A stretch of DNA of 64,000 nucleotides from a virus (IMGVR_UViG_3300012347_000377:1-64000); one strand, 5' to 3'; positions 35,347 to 46,088 are shown, counted from the first letter of the stretch. Program-made: numbers and translations. Notes: generated by a model not told the origin, from the sequence alone.

Positions 35347-35916
35347 ATGGCAAATCACATGACAACGTATGTTAAGGTTGATAATCTTAACGAAGAATCT
35401 TTTGATAAATTAATTCAATTGATATACCCATCAAAAGGACAATATAATATTCAATCGGTTGAAATCGTAAATCGTTTATTTGAAACAGATTATTCGGTAG
35501 AAGAAAAACGATTCCCCGATAATGGTTGGATGTTGGATAATATTGGTGCTAAGTGGATTGAGATTGAGTGTGATGATACACCCGAATTCGACACCACATA
35601 TTCATTCAGAGTAACATCGGCATGGCACGTACCTGAAGAATATTTACTAACTCTAACACAAACACTGGTCGATATAAAATCAGATGTTGTATTATATGGG
35701 ACTTATGAAGATGAATCATATGATCCAATTGGAGCATTTGTGTATGCAGATGATTATGATGATGCTGAAGATTTGGATATAGAAATTGATTTTGATCAAA
35801 TATGGGAAGATGATAATTATCGAATTTCAATCTTTGATGAACTCCATTTATTAAAGGAAAATCTATATGATTCTTACTTAGAATATATTGCAGATAAATT
35901 AAATGACGAAAATTAA
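35347..35916 (+). CDS. acidic hypothetical protein (189 aa)
   Basis: ORF. Confidence 0.45.
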   Translation: MANHMTTYVKVDNLNEESFDKLIQLIYPSKGQYNIQSVEIVNRLFETDYSVEEKRFPDNGWMLDNIGAKWIEIECDDTPEFDTTYSFRVTSAWHVPEEYLLTLTQTLVDIKSDVVLYGTYEDESYDPIGAFVYADDYDDAEDLDIEIDFDQIWEDDNYRISIFDELHLLKENLYDSYLEYIADKLNDEN

Positions 35917-35927
35917 AATATAAAAAT

Positions 35928-36122
35928 ATGAAACAAGAAATGTTTAATTGGTTGGTTGGTGTTGGATTATTTGCAGGAATTGCAACTATTATTTACATAA
36001 TTGGTGCACAAATCAATCCGTATGCACATTTTAGTTGGTTAGAAAGTTGGGGATTAGTTATGTTAGGTATAACTATGAAATCTGGTTTAGATACTTATAA
36101 TGAAGATAATGAATCTGAATAA
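35928..36122 (+). CDS. small membrane protein
   Basis: ORF. Confidence 0.35.
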   Translation: MKQEMFNWLVGVGLFAGIATIIYIIGAQINPYAHFSWLESWGLVMLGITMKSGLDTYNEDNESE

Positions 36123-36334
36123 TGAGATACCCGTTTAATAGAAGACCCCTTAGAGAAATCAATGGTAGTTTATATGAGGTTATTGCAGATTACCCAATTG
36201 ATAGAGTTTCAAACGTAACACAAATCAAAGAATGGTTAAATTGTGATACTGCGTTCAAAGTTGGACATGAGGGAATTTATATGTTTTGCGTAAAGATTGA
36301 AGAGGCACAAATAATAGAAGAATATGACAAGTAG
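36122..36334 (+). CDS. hypothetical protein
   Basis: ORF. Confidence 0.35.
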   Translation: MRYPFNRRPLREINGSLYEVIADYPIDRVSNVTQIKEWLNCDTAFKVGHEGIYMFCVKIEEAQIIEEYDK

Positions 36335-36656
36335 CGAGGCTAAAAATAAATACAAACATTTTCTAAGAGTAGGTGATTTAAAAAAAGAACTTGAAAATTA
36401 CCCCGATGATGCATTAGTAGTAGCACAAAGAGTGGAGGATAGATACTACGAAGGTGTAGATATAAGTGGAATAACGGGAAAATTATCAGATGGAACTTGG
36501 GGAATATTACCATCTGGTAGTAAAGCAACGGGTTGGGAAACTATAAAAAAACCAGATCCAATATATCCGGAGTTCAACCAAGAATATACACCTGTTTGGG
36601 GTATTTGTCAATATAAAGACGATACTAATTGTTTATTTTTAGATTTACATTATTAA
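36324..36656 (+). CDS. hypothetical protein
   Basis: ORF. Confidence 0.4.
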   Translation: MTSSEAKNKYKHFLRVGDLKKELENYPDDALVVAQRVEDRYYEGVDISGITGKLSDGTWGILPSGSKATGWETIKKPDPIYPEFNQEYTPVWGICQYKDDTNCLFLDLHY

Positions 36657-36657
36657 T

Positions 36658-37113
36658 ATGAATTGGATAGAATACTTTAGAAATCTTGCTAATAACGTTA
36701 AACTAAAATCAAAAGATTCAAAAACACAGATTGGTGCAATTATAGTTGGAAATGATAATGAAATTGTTTCTACTGGTTACAATTCATTTCCAAGAGGAAT
36801 CGATGATACGAATCTATTAAGACAAGAAAGACCAGAAAAGTATTTTTGGTTTGAGCATGCCGAACGTAATGCTATTTATAATGCAGCAAGAATTGGAGTT
36901 TCCACCAAAGGAACTACTATGTATTTAAGTCATTGGTTTCCATGTGCAGATTGTGCAAGAGGAATTATTAATGCAGGAATAACTACTATTTATTGTGATA
37001 AGATTGATACGGAAGATAAATCTACATCTTATTTAGAATCGTTCAAACGAAGTAAAGAAATGTTATTAGAAGCAGATGTTAAGATTTGTTTTTATGATGA
37101 TATAAAAAATTAA
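36658..37113 (+). CDS. dCMP/cytidine deaminase
   Basis: Zinc motifs HAERNA ... PCADCA. Confidence 0.8.
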   Translation: MNWIEYFRNLANNVKLKSKDSKTQIGAIIVGNDNEIVSTGYNSFPRGIDDTNLLRQERPEKYFWFEHAERNAIYNAARIGVSTKGTTMYLSHWFPCADCARGIINAGITTIYCDKIDTEDKSTSYLESFKRSKEMLLEADVKICFYDDIKN

Positions 37114-37290
37114 AATATGGTATTTTCATTACAAGAGTATATTGAAATCGAACTGATACTAACTGAAGCAAATGCAGTAGGATTGAAAGGTGAGGTTGAA
37201 GAGTATGCTAAAAAATTCTTAGAAGAAGGATGCGACCCAATCGAAGCATACCAACTTGCCTATAATGAGTGGGTTAAATAAATATAATCG

Positions 37291-37316
37291 TGGATTCCAA
37301 AATCCACTTTTTTTAT
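37291..37316 (+). terminator. rho-independent terminator
   Basis: GTGGATT-ccaaa-AATCCAC plus TTTTTTT. Confidence 0.55.
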
Positions 37317-37326
37317 ATTTATAGGT

Positions 37327-38589
37327 ATGGAATATAAGTCATTAGATAGAATAACAAATCGATATCCGGCAGATGAGTTGGGTATGAAAAAATCTGCATT
37401 GACTGAAAAAACTCAAACCTCATTTAGATTGTTGGGTAAGTATTCTGAAAACTTTGCAGATTATCCAATTACCGATTATACAAATATTACTCCAGTCACA
37501 GGAACTTCGTTTGAATTTGTATTAGAATTAAACCCAGGTCGTTATTATACATCACAACCATTTTACGATACGTTAAAAACTGCATACGAAGAGAGTAATC
37601 CTTTCTTCAATATGAAGACAGTTCCATTGGTTAAATTGGATTATAATTTCTTACAGAATTATAAAAATAAAAATAAATTCAAAATCACCGAAGCATATTG
37701 TGAAGTTGAAGTTTTGGAATCAATTGATACTGAAGAAAGAATATGTAAACATATTGATTGGTTAGTATCCAAAGATGCAAATGATATTGAATTAAGACCC
37801 GTTTCTGATTTAGGTAGATGGAGAATCTTTCACAACCCAAACGGAGATTATGCATTGGGTGCTAAGGATGAATATGATGCAATGACTAATGGTAATCCAG
37901 ATCCAGAAGGGTATGGTGCAAACATTACATTAGAACAATATGATTTAACTTTACCAAAAGAAGTAGTGGTTAGTATAAATCAACCATCTCAAACTCAATT
38001 AAACCCAGTAGAAGAATTAGTTCGTATAATGGCAAATATACCAACACCTCCCGGTCATACCTTATACAAACCATTTGGTGGAACATTAGGATTGGTATTA
38101 GGTGGTATTGCAGGAGTTGCATTATCAGTATTGACAGGTGGTATTGCAGCGTTAGGAGTTGGTGCGTTATTGACAGGTGGTGCGATTGCAGGAGCAGCAG
38201 TTGCGGGTTCATATATCGGAAAAACATTAGGAGATGTTTTAGGTAAAAATTATACTGCAGATGGAAAGTATTGGGCTATTATATTACAAAGAGAAAACGA
38301 TAGGTCACTAGGTGAAAGTATAAATAAGGTATTTAATAGAGAAAAGAATTCAGATGAAGCTGAATGGAAGGAATTGATGATTGCAACTGGTAAACAAATG
38401 AAGTGTACATATACAGCTTCAGATGTTAATCAAGCACTTAAAATACTTCTTTCAATGGCAGTAGGTGAAGGTGATTCAAACGGAACTGTCCGAAAATCAG
38501 ATTATGGTTACGCAGTTAATGTAGGGAATGGAACTCGTTGGTTTAGAACTAACGCAGTAGACAAATTTAATATTAAAATAACTTATTAA
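37327..38589 (+). CDS. hypothetical protein with glycine-zipper hydrophobic segment (420 aa)
   Basis: GGTLGLVLGGIAGVALSVLTGGIAALGVGALLTGGAIAGAAVAG segment. Confidence 0.5.
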   Translation: MEYKSLDRITNRYPADELGMKKSALTEKTQTSFRLLGKYSENFADYPITDYTNITPVTGTSFEFVLELNPGRYYTSQPFYDTLKTAYEESNPFFNMKTVPLVKLDYNFLQNYKNKNKFKITEAYCEVEVLESIDTEERICKHIDWLVSKDANDIELRPVSDLGRWRIFHNPNGDYALGAKDEYDAMTNGNPDPEGYGANITLEQYDLTLPKEVVVSINQPSQTQLNPVEELVRIMANIPTPPGHTLYKPFGGTLGLVLGGIAGVALSVLTGGIAALGVGALLTGGAIAGAAVAGSYIGKTLGDVLGKNYTADGKYWAIILQRENDRSLGESINKVFNREKNSDEAEWKELMIATGKQMKCTYTASDVNQALKILLSMAVGEGDSNGTVRKSDYGYAVNVGNGTRWFRTNAVDKFNIKITY

Positions 38590-38607
38590 CCAAAATAGGA
38601 GAATACT

Positions 38608-38967
38608 ATGAGAGCTAGAACATTTACAACCGTTGGTTGGGAAAAATATCTAAATCCAATCGACAATCCTTTTGTTCAAAAATTTTTAGATAAAAATGGA
38701 AATGAGGTATTTGACCAAATTGCATTGAACATAAATACAGCAATCCTTCAGAAAAAAGAATCAATAGCATTTGTAGTTCATACCAACGCATCTTCGATAG
38801 TTGTAATCGAAAGAAAAGATTATGAAGTTGTGTTAAATCATTGCTTAGATTGGTTTATTAAAAAAGAAAATTATGAATTCTGTGCTAGAATTGATGAATT
38901 CAAACAAAATTTAGCAAAATCAAAAGAACCTGTTAGTAGATTTAAGAGTAAAAAAACTTTAATTTAA
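38608..38967 (+). CDS. hypothetical protein
   Basis: ORF. Confidence 0.45.
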   Translation: MRARTFTTVGWEKYLNPIDNPFVQKFLDKNGNEVFDQIALNINTAILQKKESIAFVVHTNASSIVVIERKDYEVVLNHCLDWFIKKENYEFCARIDEFKQNLAKSKEPVSRFKSKKTLI

Positions 38968-39021
38968 TATGTATGGTTAGAAGGGGTATTCCTTTTAAAT
39001 AATTTTATACAAATTTAGTTT

Positions 39022-39747
39022 ATGGCAGATAATCAATCAGCAAAGCACAAAGAGTTGACTCAACAAATTAAAGATGACAAAACTCAAAGACCTAAGGCTC
39101 CAATTAAATTTCAAATACAATTAAATGAGGAGCAGAAATTAGCAAAAGAAAAGATTTTAAATAACGCCATAACAATTCTAAGTGGTAAAGCTGGAAGTGG
39201 TAAAACACTTTTAGCATGTCAGGTAGCATTAGATATGTTATTTAAAAAAACTGTCAATAAAATAATTATCACCCGTCCAACGGTTAGTAAAGAAGAAATC
39301 GGATTCTTACCCGGTGATTTAAGAGAAAAGATGGAGCCATGGATGCAACCTGTCTATTCTAACTTCTACCAATTATACAATAAAGAAAAAATCGATAAGA
39401 TTTTAGAAAGTGGACAAGTTGAAATTGTTCCTCTTGCATTTATGAGAGGTAGAACTTTCTTAGATTCATTTATTATTGTGGATGAGGCACAGAACTGCAC
39501 TAATGACCAAATGGAAATGATTACATCTCGTTTAGGTTTGAGAAGTAAGATGGTAGTGTGTGGTGATTCACAACAAGTGGATTTAAAATATAAAGGAGAT
39601 AGTGGATTTAAATTTCTAGTAACTGCCGCAAAGAAGATTAAAGATATGGATTCACAGACTCTTTTAATGAATCACAGACACCCAGTGGTAGATGCACTTT
39701 TAGATGCATATTTAGAATATAACGAAACCACCAATGCAAAAAAATAA
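39022..39747 (+). CDS. phoH: PhoH-family ATPase
   Basis: Walker A GKAGSGKT, IITRP, VDEAQN (Walker B). Confidence 0.85.
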   Translation: MADNQSAKHKELTQQIKDDKTQRPKAPIKFQIQLNEEQKLAKEKILNNAITILSGKAGSGKTLLACQVALDMLFKKTVNKIIITRPTVSKEEIGFLPGDLREKMEPWMQPVYSNFYQLYNKEKIDKILESGQVEIVPLAFMRGRTFLDSFIIVDEAQNCTNDQMEMITSRLGLRSKMVVCGDSQQVDLKYKGDSGFKFLVTAAKKIKDMDSQTLLMNHRHPVVDALLDAYLEYNETTNAKK

Positions 39748-40876
39748 TATACAATTCTGGTATCACCCTATAATGGGTGGTACGGGATTGCAATCATTAT
39801 TAGAATCACTTTATCCAAATTCATTTAAGTTATATACCGATGATTCTGATATAGATTCATCAATTCAAAATATAATTACATTTTTTTGGGAAACTCATTC
39901 TGCTATTAACTTAGAAGCCAAAACCAACAAACCCGAATTCTTTGAGTTGGTTTCTAAATTAAATAATAAAGGATTTTATTTTTTAGCAGATTATACAACC
40001 GAAGCAAATAATAATGTTGATTTAGATAGAGTTGAGTTTTTATCTAAATTATTAGATTGTGGTGTTGGATTGACTAGAAACTTTGCACTTACTACAAATG
40101 ATTCAACTCATTTAAATCTAGTACAACATCAATATGGAATTCACACCATAAACAAAATTCATTTCCCACATTTTTTAATTAGCACTCCATTGGAAATGGG
40201 TAAGTATATTATTGATGTATCCGATAGAGAAACTATTACACCAACCAAAGATTTTCTTTGTTTGAATCGAAGAATGCAATCTCATAAATTCAATATGGTT
40301 AAACATATTTGGGAAAATGACGAGTTGGAAAATACACATCTAAGTTGGGTTTGTAATAAGATGGATATTGAATCAATTAAGGATGAACCAATCATTTCAG
40401 CGTTAGGAATCGATTTAAATAATTTTCAATCAATACAATTGGAAGATGATATAATGTATGGTAGTGAATTAGATACTGCCGATGAATATCTTTACACTAT
40501 AAATCCAGAATGGTATTATAAAAGTAAAGTAAATATAATAATCGAAACTAACGCATATAATTCACCAACTCACATAACCGAAAAGACATTAAAATCTATA
40601 TTTTTAGAAACTCCATTTGTAATATTTGCAACGGATTTACATTTAGATGTATTACAGAAATATGGATTTGTAGTATTTGATGAATTTACAAAATATCAAC
40701 CATCCAATGAAAAATCAGTATTGGATTCTGCTAGAGAACTTGCAAAAATATATGATTATGATTCCATTCGTAATGTATGTAGATTTAATCGAAACGTATT
40801 ATTGGATACTCATAATCAACGGAGAATATTAGAAACGTATTTCATATCATCTATAAAAACTTTAAATAATACATAA
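39734..40876 (+). CDS. hypothetical protein (380 aa)
   Basis: ORF. Confidence 0.5.
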   Translation: MQKNNIQFWYHPIMGGTGLQSLLESLYPNSFKLYTDDSDIDSSIQNIITFFWETHSAINLEAKTNKPEFFELVSKLNNKGFYFLADYTTEANNNVDLDRVEFLSKLLDCGVGLTRNFALTTNDSTHLNLVQHQYGIHTINKIHFPHFLISTPLEMGKYIIDVSDRETITPTKDFLCLNRRMQSHKFNMVKHIWENDELENTHLSWVCNKMDIESIKDEPIISALGIDLNNFQSIQLEDDIMYGSELDTADEYLYTINPEWYYKSKVNIIIETNAYNSPTHITEKTLKSIFLETPFVIFATDLHLDVLQKYGFVVFDEFTKYQPSNEKSVLDSARELAKIYDYDSIRNVCRFNRNVLLDTHNQRRILETYFISSIKTLNNT

Positions 40877-40906
40877 CTCATTGATTTCCAATGGGTTATT
40901 TTTTTA
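40875..40906 (+). terminator. rho-independent terminator (conserved hairpin family)
   Basis: AACTCATTGATTTCCAATGGGTT plus T-run. Confidence 0.6.
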
Positions 40907-40928
40907 TCAAAAATAAATGATAAAATAT

Positions 40929-40960
40929 TTGGATATGTCAAAAAAATGTTGTAGATTAGC
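40929..40960 (+). promoter_or_regulatory. phage promoter
   Basis: tttggatatgtcaaaaaaatgttgtagattag. Confidence 0.45.
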
Positions 40961-40984
40961 TTTATAACATTAAGAGATAAACAT

Positions 40985-41125
40985 ATGAAATCTAAAACTA
41001 AATTACCAAAACACAGACAATTATTAATCGAATCAATGGAATTACTTTTTAGTGGTAATAAATCCAAATCTAAGAAAGTTTTGAAAAAAGCAGAATTGGA
41101 AATTGACAAATTTTATCAAAAATAA
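40985..41125 (+). CDS. hypothetical small basic protein (46 aa)
   Basis: ORF between two consensus promoters; below track cutoff. Confidence 0.25.
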   Translation: MKSKTKLPKHRQLLIESMELLFSGNKSKSKKVLKKAELEIDKFYQK

Positions 41126-41136
41126 TCGATAAAATA

Positions 41137-41168
41137 TTTGGAAATATCAAACTATTTTCGTATATTTA
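41137..41168 (+). promoter_or_regulatory. phage promoter
   Basis: tttggaaatatcaaactattttcgtatattta. Confidence 0.5.
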
Positions 41169-41212
41169 CTAAGTAATAAGAGATAAACAATTAAACTTTA
41201 AAATATAAAATT

Positions 41213-41479
41213 ATGAATTATTCAGAATTATCAAAAATGTCAGTTGAGGAGTTGCGTGACATCAATCAGATGGTAGTTGCACTTATCAAATCAAAACGTA
41301 ACATGGAATCGTTACAAAACAAAATTGGGTTACGAGTAGGTATGTTGGTGAAAGTTAATCACCCTAAATTACAAGGTAGAGAGTTAGAGGTTACTAAAAT
41401 TAACCGAACTAAGGCTAACCTGCGAGTGGTAGGTGGATTTGCTTCTTATAATGTACCAGTTTCTTTAATCCAATACTAA
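41213..41479 (+). CDS. hypothetical protein (88 aa)
   Basis: ORF. Confidence 0.45.
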   Translation: MNYSELSKMSVEELRDINQMVVALIKSKRNMESLQNKIGLRVGMLVKVNHPKLQGRELEVTKINRTKANLRVVGGFASYNVPVSLIQY

Positions 41480-41490
41480 ACCTAAACAAA

Positions 41491-42789
41491 ATGAAAAAGA
41501 TATTATTTTTAATTTCAAGTGTTGTTCTTTTTACTGCGTGTAGTAAAGAAGATATTCCAGAACCAATTGTAATCAAAAAAGATAGTGTAATTGTAACCCC
41601 ACCATCACCCTCGTTTCAATCTAAAACGATTGGGGATACTACATATATTCTAAAAATTATACCTACTAAATACAATTTATATAAGGAATCTGTAAAAAAC
41701 CAACGTAGTGGTATATTTTTCCAATGGCAAGAAAATTATAGTGTGAATCCACTATATCTACCCCAAACAGATGAAATGTCTAAAGCTTGGTTCGGTGGTG
41801 GTCAGAATTATGGTGATGTAAATAATGATGGATTTGTTGATTTCATAACTGCAGTTCATACTCCAGATGCCGGTGTTGAATTAAAATGGTTTATTAATGA
41901 AGGTGATAATTACCACTTTAAAAAGAATACATCTATGTTTAATCAAAGCACCAAAGGACTAGACGCACATAAGATAGTTAAAACCGATGTGAATAATGAT
42001 GCAATTGCAGATTATATAGCGTTTGGAGTAGATGAACGAGTTCCTGGCGATTATAGTGGTAATTTTTCCGTATTGATTGGTAAATCTAATGGAACGTTTG
42101 ATGTGAATATGATTCCAAATCCAACTAAGTATTGGTTTCATAATGGAGCAGCGGGAGATTTGAACAAAGATGGATTTGTAGATGTTATTTCGGCAACATT
42201 TATATGGTTTGGTGATGGTAAGGGTAATTTCACAAAAGTTTCCGATTTGAATGATTATTGTCGGTCAATATTAATATATGAAATATTAGATATGAATAGT
42301 GATGGGTTAAATGATATTATTTTATCAGGCCCGAATGATGTTACTACGATAGTATATAACAACAATGGTGTATTTAACAATTCGAATAGAGTTGTAAAAT
42401 TGGAAAAAGTTGAATATGGTGGTATTAACGATGTTGAACTATATGATATTGATTCCGATGGTGATTTTGATATTATTGAAAATAGACAAATGGAACCTGA
42501 ACCAAAAACTAAATTGTTTGTTCATCTTAATAATGGAAATACATTTAATTATGTTTCCAATTATATCCAAAACTCAAATGATGGTGCTTGGTTAAACGGA
42601 AATAAAAATGTTGGAGTTGGTTATCAAGATAAATATGGTTGGAGCACTTTTAAATTTGATGATATTGATGGTGATGGGATTGATGATATTATACCTGAAA
42701 ATTACCATGATGGTAAATTTAATGGGTTGAAAAAAATAAACGGAGTTTGGACACCTCATATTTTTTCTTTCCAAAAATGTAAAAAATAA
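41491..42789 (+). CDS. lipoprotein with FG-GAP-like calcium-binding repeats
   Basis: Lipobox LFTACSKED; repeats DVNNDGFVDFI, DLNKDGFVDVI, DIDSDGDFDII, DIDGDGIDDII. Confidence 0.55.
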   Translation: MKKILFLISSVVLFTACSKEDIPEPIVIKKDSVIVTPPSPSFQSKTIGDTTYILKIIPTKYNLYKESVKNQRSGIFFQWQENYSVNPLYLPQTDEMSKAWFGGGQNYGDVNNDGFVDFITAVHTPDAGVELKWFINEGDNYHFKKNTSMFNQSTKGLDAHKIVKTDVNNDAIADYIAFGVDERVPGDYSGNFSVLIGKSNGTFDVNMIPNPTKYWFHNGAAGDLNKDGFVDVISATFIWFGDGKGNFTKVSDLNDYCRSILIYEILDMNSDGLNDIILSGPNDVTTIVYNNNGVFNNSNRVVKLEKVEYGGINDVELYDIDSDGDFDIIENRQMEPEPKTKLFVHLNNGNTFNYVSNYIQNSNDGAWLNGNKNVGVGYQDKYGWSTFKFDDIDGDGIDDIIPENYHDGKFNGLKKINGVWTPHIFSFQKCKK

Positions 42790-42800
42790 GTAAAGAAATA

Positions 42801-42832
42801 TTTGGAAAATACGAAAAAAAGTTGTATATTTG
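42801..42832 (+). promoter_or_regulatory. phage promoter
   Basis: tttggaaaatacgaaaaaaagttgtatatttg. Confidence 0.5.
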
Positions 42833-42867
42833 TTATATAAGAAAGAGAGATAATAAAAGATAAAGTT

Positions 42868-43353
42868 ATGAGTGAAAAGAAAAAGATTATTTATATTGAT
42901 ATGGATGGGGTTTTAGTTGATTTGAGTAAAGAGTTTGATAGATTCTTTACTAACAATCCTCATTTAAAAGAAAGATATAAAAAGAACCCAGATCATATAC
43001 AAGGAATCTTCAGAAATGCTCCGGCTATCGAAGGAGCAATTGAGGCTGTTAAGAAATTGGCAGAATGTGGTAAGTATGAATTATTCATCGCTACCGCAGC
43101 TCCGTGGGGAAACCCAATGTCTGCATCGGATAAAAGATTTTGGATTGAAGACCACTTTGGAAATCTGTTCCACAAAAAGATGTTCGTTACTCACAGAAAA
43201 GACCTTTTGATGGGTGATTACCTAATTGATGACCGATTGAAGAATGGTGCTGAAGATTTCAGAGGTGAGTTGTTACGATTCGGTTGGGCGTATGAAACCG
43301 AAACTTGGAATGAATATCCGACTTGGGAATCAATCTTAAATAAGTTATTATGA
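42868..43353 (+). CDS. 5'(3')-deoxyribonucleotidase (HAD, NT5C family)
   Basis: N-terminal IYIDMDGVLVDL. Confidence 0.65.
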   Translation: MSEKKKIIYIDMDGVLVDLSKEFDRFFTNNPHLKERYKKNPDHIQGIFRNAPAIEGAIEAVKKLAECGKYELFIATAAPWGNPMSASDKRFWIEDHFGNLFHKKMFVTHRKDLLMGDYLIDDRLKNGAEDFRGELLRFGWAYETETWNEYPTWESILNKLL

Positions 43354-43910
43354 GAATAAGTTGGTTATTAGTTTGGGGTTTACTATTTACGGCATGTAGT
43401 AAAGATGAAATTTACGAACCACAATGGGGCCCAACCATTCAAACTCCAAATACAAATACATCTACCAAACCTCAGCCAAATATAACAATTGAATTGGATG
43501 GTAGATTACCAAAAGATGGTAATGGATATTATCACTTAATCTTAAATAAATCTACAAATCAAACTATACATCGAGTTGAGGGTAAAGTATTGAACGTAGT
43601 CGAACCAACTAAGGTTGATTGGGAGAGTAACTTATTTTGGTGGTTAAAACCCGGAGAAGTGGTTGCTAACACAACTAAAACCTATATAAACCAATTCACT
43701 GGTGAACTTACTTATGTTAATCTACCACCTATAACAAATTGGAAAGAACAATTAGTTCCAACTACAAATTGTTGTTCGTATGTTGATAGTAAAAACCAAA
43801 TTAACACAATCATCGCACCCATATATAAAATGGCAGGAGATACGTTAGTATTAACCGCATCGATTAAAGAAAAGAAAATAACAAAATCAATTAAGATAAT
43901 TTTAGAATGA
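43350..43910 (+). CDS. lipoprotein (186 aa)
   Basis: Lipobox LLFTACSKDE. Confidence 0.5.
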   Translation: MRISWLLVWGLLFTACSKDEIYEPQWGPTIQTPNTNTSTKPQPNITIELDGRLPKDGNGYYHLILNKSTNQTIHRVEGKVLNVVEPTKVDWESNLFWWLKPGEVVANTTKTYINQFTGELTYVNLPPITNWKEQLVPTTNCCSYVDSKNQINTIIAPIYKMAGDTLVLTASIKEKKITKSIKIILE

Positions 43911-44287
43911 TAACCGAAGACCATATTGAATTTCCAGAAACACCAATTACCGAACGAACATTTGAAACACAAGGTTGGTTACGAGTTGATGAAACTGAAG
44001 GAGGATTTTCCGATTCGGAAGATGATGATGATTTAGATGATGAAGATTCGGATAATGATGGTGTTTCATATTATTATTTCATTTTACCCCTACCAAAAGA
44101 TAATCCAGATTCTGAATGTAAGATGTTAATCTCAAATTGTAATGATGAATATCAAGACATCGGATTACCCAAAGGACAATATTATGTTGAGTTGGAAAAT
44201 ATGAATGGATTGGGATTGTGTCAGAGTGAAGAACAAATTGAAATTTTATATCGGTCATTAACCGGCAGAGATATTTACGAAGATTAA
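43907..44287 (+). CDS. acidic hypothetical protein
   Basis: ORF, DDDDLDDEDSDND tract. Confidence 0.45.
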   Translation: MITEDHIEFPETPITERTFETQGWLRVDETEGGFSDSEDDDDLDDEDSDNDGVSYYYFILPLPKDNPDSECKMLISNCNDEYQDIGLPKGQYYVELENMNGLGLCQSEEQIEILYRSLTGRDIYED

Positions 44288-44584
44288 TAAACTAACTAAA
44301 AATGAAAGAAATCAAAACACCCCTATTACTTTTTATAGTCGGATTTACATTATGCCTATTGGTATTGAAATGTGGAACAATGTAATTTAACAATCAAATA
44401 AAATAAAAATGAAAAACTTTAAGACATCAGAAATTCTGATATTAGTAATGACAATCGCAGTAATCTTCATTAGTGAATACCACTACATAGTTGAAAATGA
44501 CGTAACCAAAGCAATCTTTATTGGATTATGGCCACCAACCATTTTAGGATTGCTGAATTATATAAACTCTAAAACAAATAAATA

Positions 44585-44935
44585 ATGGAAGTAATTTTTT
44601 TAACAACAATCGTAGTTACGCTATTCATTGTATTTGGAATAGCAACATATCGAGAATTTGCTCGAATGGAAGTAGAAGGTTATAAATCAGACCCTAATGC
44701 TAAAAAATATGGTAGAGATGCTTTATTTGTTATGATGCAGAGATTATTTGATGGGGAAATCATTCCTAAAAAAGAACAAAAAGCAATCTATAAAGCAATG
44801 TTTAGAACAATTGCGGATATGGAATCTGATGGTGTATATTTTGATGATGACATCAAACGAATGATAATTGAAAAGAAGGAAGAATTATATTGTGAATATA
44901 GTGGATTACCATCCGTAAAAGCATACGAAAAATAA
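44585..44935 (+). CDS. membrane-anchored hypothetical protein
   Basis: ORF. Confidence 0.45.
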   Translation: MEVIFLTTIVVTLFIVFGIATYREFARMEVEGYKSDPNAKKYGRDALFVMMQRLFDGEIIPKKEQKAIYKAMFRTIADMESDGVYFDDDIKRMIIEKKEELYCEYSGLPSVKAYEK

Positions 44936-44938
44936 ATT

Positions 44939-45598
44939 ATGAAAAACTATTCAGCAGAAGACCTACAAAAGAATTATGATAAATTCATTGAGGCATTGGG
45001 TAAGGTATTTAGTGGAGAACGTTTAGAGAAATTAAAGTTCATGTATTCACAAGAGGAATTGGGGACCGAATTGGTTCTTGCTCCTGCAAGTGGTAAAGAA
45101 CATTATCATTCGGCATATGTTGGTGGGTATTTAGACCACGTTATGAACGTTGCACGTAATGCGTATAAGATGAAGAAGATATACGAGGAAGGTGGAATCA
45201 AGGTTGATTTTACCGATGAAGAATTATTCTTTGCAGCGTTCCATCACGATTTGGGTAAATTAGGAACTAAGGGAAATCCACATTATGTAGAGGAAGAATC
45301 TGATTGGCACAAAAAGAATCAGGGTTCAATGTTTAAGATAAATGGTGAGAACCATTATATGGATGTAACCCATCGAGCATTGTGGCTACTTAATCAGTAT
45401 GGAATTACCTATACCGAAAAGGAAATGATTGGGATTATGTTAGCAGATGGATTATACAACGAAGGAACTAAACCTTACTTTATTAGTTTCCGTCCCGAGA
45501 TGAGGTTAAAAACTGATTTACCATACATTCTACATTGGGCAGACCATATGAGTTGTAGACAAGAAAATAAACAATGGGAAGATTCAAAACCTTTCTAA
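44939..45598 (+). CDS. HD-domain phosphohydrolase
   Basis: AAFHHDLGK HD motif. Confidence 0.55.
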   Translation: MKNYSAEDLQKNYDKFIEALGKVFSGERLEKLKFMYSQEELGTELVLAPASGKEHYHSAYVGGYLDHVMNVARNAYKMKKIYEEGGIKVDFTDEELFFAAFHHDLGKLGTKGNPHYVEEESDWHKKNQGSMFKINGENHYMDVTHRALWLLNQYGITYTEKEMIGIMLADGLYNEGTKPYFISFRPEMRLKTDLPYILHWADHMSCRQENKQWEDSKPF

Positions 45599-45698
45599 TG
45601 ACAAGTTGTCAAACTAATACTGACAATGTGTCATTAAAATAATATTGGTATGTAAATTGTAATATATAAGACATTGTTAAACTAAAAAAATAAAAACC

Positions 45699-46088
45699 AT
45701 GTACACAGCAAATTTAGGACACCTATTAGATTTATTTGAAAAGGATTTACCAACTTGGAAATCTACGTCTACATTAAAAAACAATTCAATTGGATATGTT
45801 AAACAGAATGATAATTCATATGAGTTAGCGTTCGATGTAACCGGTCATCCAAAAGAAAATATCTCAATTGAAAATGAAGGTAATACTTTAACTATTAAAG
45901 GAGAAACCTCACATACTGAAGGTTCAATTCTAGCAAGTTTAGTTTCTGATGTTAATCATACAATTCGAATTCCAAACGATTATGATGCATCTCAAGCAAC
46001 TGCAGATGTTGATTTGGGAATTCTATTAATTACAATTCCTAAAAAAGAAGAGGCAAAGAAAAAGAAAATTTTGATTAAAGTGAAATAA
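45699..46088 (+). CDS. hypothetical protein (129 aa)
   Basis: ORF, followed by terminator. Confidence 0.45.
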   Translation: MYTANLGHLLDLFEKDLPTWKSTSTLKNNSIGYVKQNDNSYELAFDVTGHPKENISIENEGNTLTIKGETSHTEGSILASLVSDVNHTIRIPNDYDASQATADVDLGILLITIPKKEEAKKKKILIKVK

